Shown: positions 54,325-64,000 of the stretch, one piece after another
Numbering within the stretch: the stretch's first letter is position 1
How the letters are laid out: every line of letters starts with the position of its first letter
From: Octopus vulgaris
Taxonomy: Eukaryota
Assembly: GCA_951406725.2 (NCBI GenBank)
Contig: OX597817.1
Coordinates: 147,126,001 to 147,190,000, forward strand
Direction: 5' to 3'
DNA length: 64,000 nt
Made by a program: the position numbers and the translations under genes
The notes under the pieces: generated by a model
Databases searched by the model: none
Told to the model about the DNA's origin: nothing
The model's input: the letters and a program-made list of their open reading frames with translations, nothing else

Positions 54325-54512
54325 TATACAATAATATGTTACATTACTCGATAGTCAAGATAAAACTCTGAGTTTCAGATGCCGAAGTGGAAATCCACAA
54401 CACCATCTCTTCGGTTATCTGGCTAGATAACCGAAGAGATGGTGTTGTGGATTTCCACTTCGGCATCTGAAACTCAGAGTTTTATCTTGACTATCGAGTA
54501 ATGTAACATATT

Positions 54513-54520
<8 letters not shown>
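54325..54520. repeat. Perfect palindrome (96-bp arms, 4-nt spacer GGCT) of a Penelope-like module
   Basis: 54325-54420 is the exact reverse complement of 54425-54520 (checked base by base). A diverged single copy of the arm lies at about 58363-58500. Confidence 0.95.
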
Positions 54521-54581
<61 letters not shown>

Positions 54582-54623
54582 GTATACACACACACATGCA
54601 TACAAGCACACACACACACATAT

Positions 54624-54820
54624 ATATGTTGAATAATATGAGACAACAAAACCAAGGCTATGTGAAATTTGTAGAACATTTATAAACAGGTAGTCTTACA
54701 GCTGTTTCGGGGATATAAAGGATATCCCTGAAACAGCTGTAAGACTACTCCTCTCTATATAAATGTGCTACAACTTTTGCGCTGCATTGGCCTTGTTGTC
54801 TCATTTTATTCAGCATATAC
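54624..54820. repeat. Imperfect palindrome with GAAACAGCTGTA hammerhead half-motif in each arm
   Basis: TAGTCTTACAGCTGTTTCGGGGATAT-aaagg-ATATCCCTGAAACAGCTGTAAGACTA; outer arms ATGAGACAACAA / TTGTTGTCTCAT. Confidence 0.85.
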
Positions 54821-54983
54821 ATGCTCACACACGACGCACGTTGGACTCCTCACTCATACTATTATCGAACCGGGAGTCTAACATCAGTCCTTACGGAGCA
54901 CTTACATAGCCTTACCTTACCTTACCTATACATGATTCTCCTTGGGGATATTGATACTAACAGGAAATTATTAGGACTCAGAG

Positions 54984-55337
54984 CAGTGCTTCTCAACTGG
55001 GATCCATATGGCTCCTAAGGGTCCGTATAAGGTTTTTAGGGGTCTAAGCGAATAAAATAGTAAATTGGGGATGCACGGTAGCATTTAGGGACCTCTGAAA
55101 TATGTTGCTTAAGATGTATGTACTGGTACGAATTGCAGGAAATAGATAGGTTTCGTTCTCTAACATTTTACATAGTTCGACATACACAAGATGATGTGTG
55201 GAAAAGAAAATAGGAATTTTGAGAAAAGTAACTATAAATATAGTTTTATTTTAACATAGACTGGCTATGGGAGGCCGCCACCAAAAATAATTAAAGGGTC
55301 CATAGATAAAAAGATGTTTGAGAATTTGAGAACCCTG
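54984..55337. mobile_element. hAT (Charlie-like) MITE
   Basis: CAGTGCTTCTCAA ... TTGAGAACCCTG with a degenerate 8-bp TSD ACTCAGAG/CTTTAGAG. Confidence 0.75.
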
Positions 55338-55858
55338 CTTTAGAGTAACTCTTCAGGTCAGTACAGAGCGTAATAGGAATGAAGGACAAAATCACAGGAA
55401 TTACGTCATAATCTTTCATTAGCTTACTTCTGCTATAAGTAAGCGTATACTCAGCCAACACCAGAGTAGAACCAGGGATTGAAGACAACCAATTTCGATT
55501 TACGATATACCTCAGGTGTTATATAGAATTTCTAACTATATTAATAATAATTTCCCATTGACACACCAACACAACAAACTTTGGCTGGACGTTGTCACAT
55601 CTGGTTATCATTTATTTCGCAGTCTTCAAAATCATTCGGACGGAAAAAATACGAATTCTGTAGACGAGGTCAGATCAGTACAACATTTTTCGCCACGGAC
55701 AAGCGAATTCTGGAAGAGGTGCCTTACAAGTCTACCAGATTGATGGAAGAACATTTTAGAAAATGAAGGAGAGTATATTTTAGATTAAAAAAAAAAATTG
55801 GTTCATATTAATTTTAAAAAGTAAAATAAGTATAAAACCGCATTATTTATGGAATGAC

Positions 55859-56411
<553 letters not shown>

Positions 56412-56416
56412 CATAC

Positions 56417-58318
<1,902 letters not shown>

Positions 58319-58363
58319 ATATATGTATATGTATATATATTTTATATATATACATCGATGGCG

Positions 58364-58424
58364 GATAACTGAAGAGATGGCGGCGTGGATTGCCACCTCG
58401 GCATCCGAAACTCGGAGTTTTATC
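58364..58424 (+). ncRNA. Type I hammerhead ribozyme-like motif
   Basis: GATAA-CTGAAGA-GATG(...GTGG-ATTG-CCAC...)CATC-C-GAAA-CTC-G-GAG-T-T-TTATC: canonical core strands, 5-bp helix I and near-palindromic helix III. One extra nt before GAAA. Confidence 0.5.
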
Positions 58425-58729
58425 ATGGCTACCGAATAATTTTCACATATTACATTTACTGATAAATTCCCACTATTTACATAATATCGAGGTCACTTTC
58501 ATTCATTTGTTGTCTTACCAATTTCATCAATATATATATATATAATCATTATTATTTCTAAATCTCTCAGAGAAATATTCAGTAACAGTTCTTTAAAGTA
58601 AAGGCTATTTGCCAACATAGTGTGGCTCTCCTGGAAGGGACAAATGTTACTGTTGTTTAGCCCAAGGAAACATCGTTTCCAGCTAGCTATACGACATACT
58701 ATCTGTGTTCTTATATGTACATATATATC

Positions 58730-59535
58730 GTTGGCTCCAGCTCGTATCCGAGAACTCTGTTCGTCAGTCACCACCCAGTCTCCTCAACAGATATTTGTGC
58801 CGAATGTAACTTTGGAGTCCAAGTCGGCGGTGAAAGAGTCGTGTACAGAATTCGCACATGATGACCGGTGCGGGTCGAGGCTCCTTTCATCTCCTGCGCT
58901 TTACCTTCATTCTGTTGTCTGTTCTGCTCGAAGTAGCTGGCTAAATTTCGGACAGCAATCCTGCAGGCTGTCCTATCCATGGCAGTCTGTTTCCATGAGG
59001 ATGGCTAGATGTTAGTTTGAACCAGGGACCGTTTGAACCGGTCTTTAAAACGGAACTTCGGGCCTCCTCTGGGTCTTGTTCTAATTGCAAGTTCTCCGTA
59101 GAGCATGACACTCTGGAGACGAGAGTGCTCCATACGCACGACGTGACCTGTCCAGCGGAGACAATGGCGAAGAATGGTCACTTGGACGCTTGGTAGTGAG
59201 GCGCGGCGAAGAACCTCATTGTTGGTAATATAACCTTCCCATCGAATATTGTCCAGGAACCTCTCCACTGCGGCTCAAGAATTGAGACGTGCAGTCTTGT
59301 TGAGGCTTGTTACAGCGAGCTGCTGAGTCTATCCGCTTGAGATTGCTCTCCTCTGCTTACTTCACCGTTGGGGTCTAGATGTTGGTGTTTGGTCGTGTTC
59401 AGCCTGGGACCTCATCCTCACCCTTGCCGCCATTGGTGGTTCTACCAGATGTCTAGGACTCCAAACAGAATCGCTCTCGGAATCAATGCGGCACACAAGA
59501 ACTTCCACCACAGCAAGGGACGACCATCGGAAGAG
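58730..59535 (-). mobile_element. Internally deleted (bipartite) RTE-clade LINE: 5' UTR-like segment joined to ORF C-terminus
   Basis: Minus strand: ITNNEVLRRASLPSV..LRWTGHVVRME..LYGEL..RPRGGPKFRFKD, then a CEFCTRLF..RLGL zinc-finger-like tail. Upstream CCTTGCTGTGGTGGAAG..GATTCCGAGAGC..CTGGTAGAACCACCAATGGCGGCAAGG resembles RTE 5' UTRs. Confidence 0.8.
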
Positions 59536-59809
59536 TATATATATATATATATATATATATTTTTATATGTATGTGTGTGTGTGTTTGTATGTATACGCCA
59601 AGTAACGAAACTTTCGGCCCTTGTGTCACTCGGTTGCTTCTGCTAAATATGAATATATGAATATATATATACATATTTAAAATAAGGGTGAAAAATTGAA
59701 TATTAATTTGATTAATATCAATTTAAAACCAGTGGTCTAGCATATTTAAAAATCTGAAGTTTCAGAAAAAATTACGTTACATACATCCCTTTTATATGTC
59801 TCTCTCTCA

Positions 59810-59857
<48 letters not shown>

Positions 59858-59862
59858 ATCTA

Positions 59863-59898
<36 letters not shown>

Positions 59899-60375
59899 TG
59901 TGTGAGTGTATGTATGTATATATGTATACAGTGTATTCTTCTGTCGGCTTCGACGTATGAAAGGCCAACAGCTCTATACAGCTGTTAGGCAACCCCTACA
60001 TATTTTCTTTTATTTAAAGGTCTGTGTAGGACTAACCACAGTTACAGGGAAACTCTGATAGCAGAAACCTGATGCAAATTTTTACCACAGAATCACTGAG
60101 AAATATACATTAGGCTCTCTGTTAGAGTTCTCTGTCTGTTGGGTTCATAGCCTTCGCTACTGCATACTTAATCAACCAAGAGGTGGTGGGAGCTTCAGTG
60201 ACAAGAATTTGCTTTAGTGTTGGATCAAAGGACTGGCAGAAAGTTGGCTTCAGACAGTGCAACACGATGGCCGCCACTTTGAATTCTAGGCTACTTTTGT
60301 AGCAACTTAATGAATAAAAGAAGTAAGCTACCAAAATATTGCAAAACTTTCAAGTCAACCCATTATATAAATATA

Positions 60376-60471
<96 letters not shown>

Positions 60472-61023
60472 ATATATATATATATATCCATATATATATA
60501 TATATATATTCATATGCATTTTATGTATTCTAAATCTATACAATTACACACACATATGCACACACACACACGCACACACACACACACACATGCACACACA
60601 CACACACACAAACACACACGCACGCACACACGTACATTTTGCTAGTAAATATTTATACATATGTGATTAAATTTCTGAAGTTGGATTCTGCTTAAATTCA
60701 ATTTTTCGCATCTTATAAATATTTTGGTTTTGGACAGAAATTTAAAAATAAAAATGAAATAATTATTGATATCCATTTAAAATAGTTCCATTAGTGTGAA
60801 TATGATGAGGCTGTTCAAGTATTTTATAGATTATATTGATCTGAAAGCAAACCGATATCATGAGATCATATAATTAAGTTTTGATACTGTGTAGTGTTAG
60901 CTTTCACTTCTTTCTAATTGACAAAATTCTTATGATATAAATAAAACTTCATAACGATGTAGAATGCCAAAATTTGCTGCAGCGCATAAAGTCTTGTGAT
61001 ATTTAGTTTTATTTTAATTTAGA

Positions 61024-61292
61024 ATGAGTGGCTGTGAATTAAGTAGCTTGCTTACGAATCACATGGTTCCGGATTCAGTCCCACTGCGTGGCAGCTTGGG
61101 AAAGTGTCCTCTACTGTAGCCTCGGGCTGACCAAAGCCTTGTGAGTGGATTTGGTAGACGGAATGTGAAAGAAGCCCGTCGTATATATGTATATATACAT
61201 GTATATACTGTTGTTTCTGGGGAGAGTCTTATAACAATATGCTTCAACACACGAACTCATATAAAGAATCTTGCAAACCAAATCAAAAAACG

Positions 61293-61331
<39 letters not shown>

Positions 61332-61560
61332 TGTGTGTGTGTATACTTTTGTATGTCTGTATTTGTCCCCCCAATATCGCTTGAGAACCGATGCTGGTGT
61401 ATTTATGTTCCCGTCACTTAGCGGTTCGGCAAGAAAGACCGATAGAATATGTACTAGGCTTACAAAGAATAAGTCCTGGGGTCGATTTGCTTGACTAAAG
61501 ACGGTGCTGCAGCATGGCCACAGTCAAATGACTGAAACAAATAAAAGAGAAAAAGAATAA
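61024..61560 (+). mobile_element. Family A SINE with about 90-bp insertion in its internal microsatellite
   Basis: Consensus halves separated by 61207-61295. Confidence 0.88.
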
Positions 61561-61679
61561 AAGAAATAATAAAAGACGCAAAAAACTTTTTATTTTGCCA
61601 TTTTCTGGCTAATAAATGAAATTCTGCTTAGACTGGAGATGAATCAGATGGTGTGCATTTCTCTCAAAATGCGTGGCTT

Positions 61680-62080
61680 CGTAAAAATATTCAACCAGCC
61701 AAGTGACCTCTCCTGTGTTCAAGAGTCGACTTACCGAAACTCTCCAGTTCCTTCCGTGTTGCTGAATGCATACAACCAACCAGACGTTTGTTTCCAATCC
61801 ATTATTTGATATCATCTGTTCACAATTATCCCCACTGCCTCTTGCTCTCTCCATCTCCACACCTCCTTCTAGGATGGTCTTGAGCAATGATTCATAGAGC
61901 AACCTATGGACTTAATTCTCGGCAATATGTGTCTTTAGATTGTCAGACTTTCTAGTATTGCATCATTTGTTACCCGTCCAATTTACGAAAGATCCACATC
62001 TCGAAGACATCTATCATCTTTTCCGTGGCTCTGTACATTGTCCAACTTTCTGCTCCATAATAATCATGTGAATAAAAGTA
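61680..62080 (-). pseudogene. Decayed RTE LINE 3' fragment
   Basis: Minus strand: YGAESWTMYRATEKMIDVFEMWIFRKL and ESLLKTILEGGVE..RARG. Confidence 0.8.
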
Positions 62081-62912
62081 CTGGTAATACAAGAAATATT
62101 TTCAGTTACACAATTTAGTCACAGAACAAATCTGCAAATGGCTTGTACGTCACTGGTTTTGCCTACTTTGTAAATTTAGCGTCGCTGTTGTTGTTTAGCC
62201 TCAGCTTAGTCCTCAATGTGAGGAAAGTACTGATAAAAATTCTTACACGCAAAATCATCCCATATTTTTCAACAATAGTGTTTCAGTGATTATATCATAC
62301 ACTGTAACATACCTTCTTGTATTGTAGAGTTTAGGTGTGAACTTTTGGTGGGATTTGCCTGTTATTCTTAGAAGATCGAGCAATCGCACTGTGGATCACG
62401 TATTATGTTATCGAACCGTATGTCGTGTGGACGTTGTAGCATTACAGTTCAGGAAAAGGAAGCACATGCTGTTTCGTTCGATGTTGCAGACCCATGGGAT
62501 GAAGGCTGAGATCTTCATGAAGTACTTGAATGGGGGAGTACCAAGTACCTTTTGCGGTGTTTCGGAAAGACGGAATGGTAGTCATGGCTACTCCCATTCG
62601 AGATTGGCTACATTGGATTCTCTACCCAGTCAGTATGGAGAATATTTATCATTCATAAGAATAAGAAAGATAAAGTCGGTCGTTCACGGGATGGGAGAGG
62701 CAACAGAAAGCGCCTCTTGCTGGTTATAGAGTAAGACAGATGGTTTGATTTGGCAGTCAGGAGGAAATGATCAGAGGGGATTTGGACACCACTACTAAGT
62801 TACCAACGGGACTGATTGTTAGACACCATAAGCTGACATCAATTTCTCAAGGCGAAAACTTCATTCAGCGAAGCTGAATGAAAAAAGAATCTTATTTTAG
62901 ATGTAATCTAAT

Positions 62913-63320
62913 GGGCGCAGGGGTGGCTGTGTGGTAAGTAGCTTGCTTACCAACCGCATGGTTCCAGGTTCAGGCCCACTGCGTGGTACCTTGGGCGAGT
63001 GTCTTCTACTATAGCCTCAGGCCGACCAAAGCCTTGCGAGTGGATTTGGTAGACGGAAACTGAAAGAAGCCCGTCGTATATATGTATATATATATATATA
63101 TACGTATGTGTGTGTTTGTCTGTCTGTGTTTGTCCCCCGAACATCGCTTGACAACCGATGCTGGTGTGTTTACGTCCCTGTAACTTAGCGGTTCGGCAAA
63201 TGAGACCGATAGAATAAGTACTAGGCTTACAAAGAATAAGTCCTGGGATCGACTTCCTCGACTAAAGGTGGTGCTCCAGCATGGGCACATTCAAATGACT
63301 GAAACAAATAAAAGAGAGAG
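62913..63320 (+). mobile_element. Family A SINE
   Basis: Full head-core-tail match. Confidence 0.92.
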
Positions 63321-63817
63321 TAAGTGTAATCAATTAGGAAAAGGGTTTTAAATATTTGTCGGAACTACAAAGAAGCCTTAAATGCTGGAATTTGAAATTC
63401 ATGATTTAGATGGGTTGTGCCGATGAGAGAAAAACCTACCTGTGTGTTTCTGAGTGTACCCTGTCGGTCTATTATAAGGGATATTCTCAAACATGTTTTT
63501 TATATTTCTGAGAGTTATGTGACCTGAGAGATGCAAAGGTAAATGTCTTCACTTTAGACAACTCTCAAGTTGATTTGATCGTAAGATACTCGTGCTCGTT
63601 GTCTTAATACGTTTTTTACATGGTTATTTGACTGTAAAGAAGATTGATCAAATAAATCCACCATGAACCTTGGTTTCTAATTAAATCTTCAAGTCAATGA
63701 AGACATCACTTTGAGAACAATATTCTCTGTCCGATCCAGCAGTATATTTGACAACAACAACAAAAAAAGCAAAATAAGAAACTATATGTATGCTACAACG
63801 TTTCTTATGCGTATATG

Positions 63818-63910
<93 letters not shown>

Positions 63911-64000
63911 TCACATATATACATAATACAAATACGCATACACATAAAGGCACTGATATATTAACCGATGTACACAATGGTTATCTAATCCTTAATCTTT

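Noticed and set aside
62330-62900. 130-aa ORF on + strand and an SDHF motif on - strand suggesting an APE endonuclease
   Set aside because: No other conserved motifs recognisable; cannot support a call.

Overview
AT-rich, microsatellite-saturated eukaryotic DNA. The repeat content strongly suggests a cephalopod, most likely Octopus (inference from SINE families and microsatellite density). I found no convincing host protein-coding exon, tRNA, rRNA or CRISPR array; nearly all ORFs in the track are translated microsatellites or SINEs. The window is intergenic or intronic and holds three tRNA-derived SINE families, mariner elements (one full-length but decayed, two MITEs), hAT/Charlie MITEs, non-autonomous Helitrons, R4/Dong fragments in (TAA)n tracts, and RTE and CR1-like LINE remnants. 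It also holds many short Penelope-like modules embedded in (TA)n tracts, often as long palindromes. Main observations: (1) one SINE family joins its own family at the same nucleotide about 11 times, sometimes with apparent target-site duplications; (2) several distinct hammerhead-ribozyme-like motifs with helices that co-vary between copies; (3) a 1196-bp duplication with a mosaic junction that looks like an assembly artefact; (4) a decayed tandem CCCH zinc-finger ORF remnant. All family assignments are by eye, without database searches.
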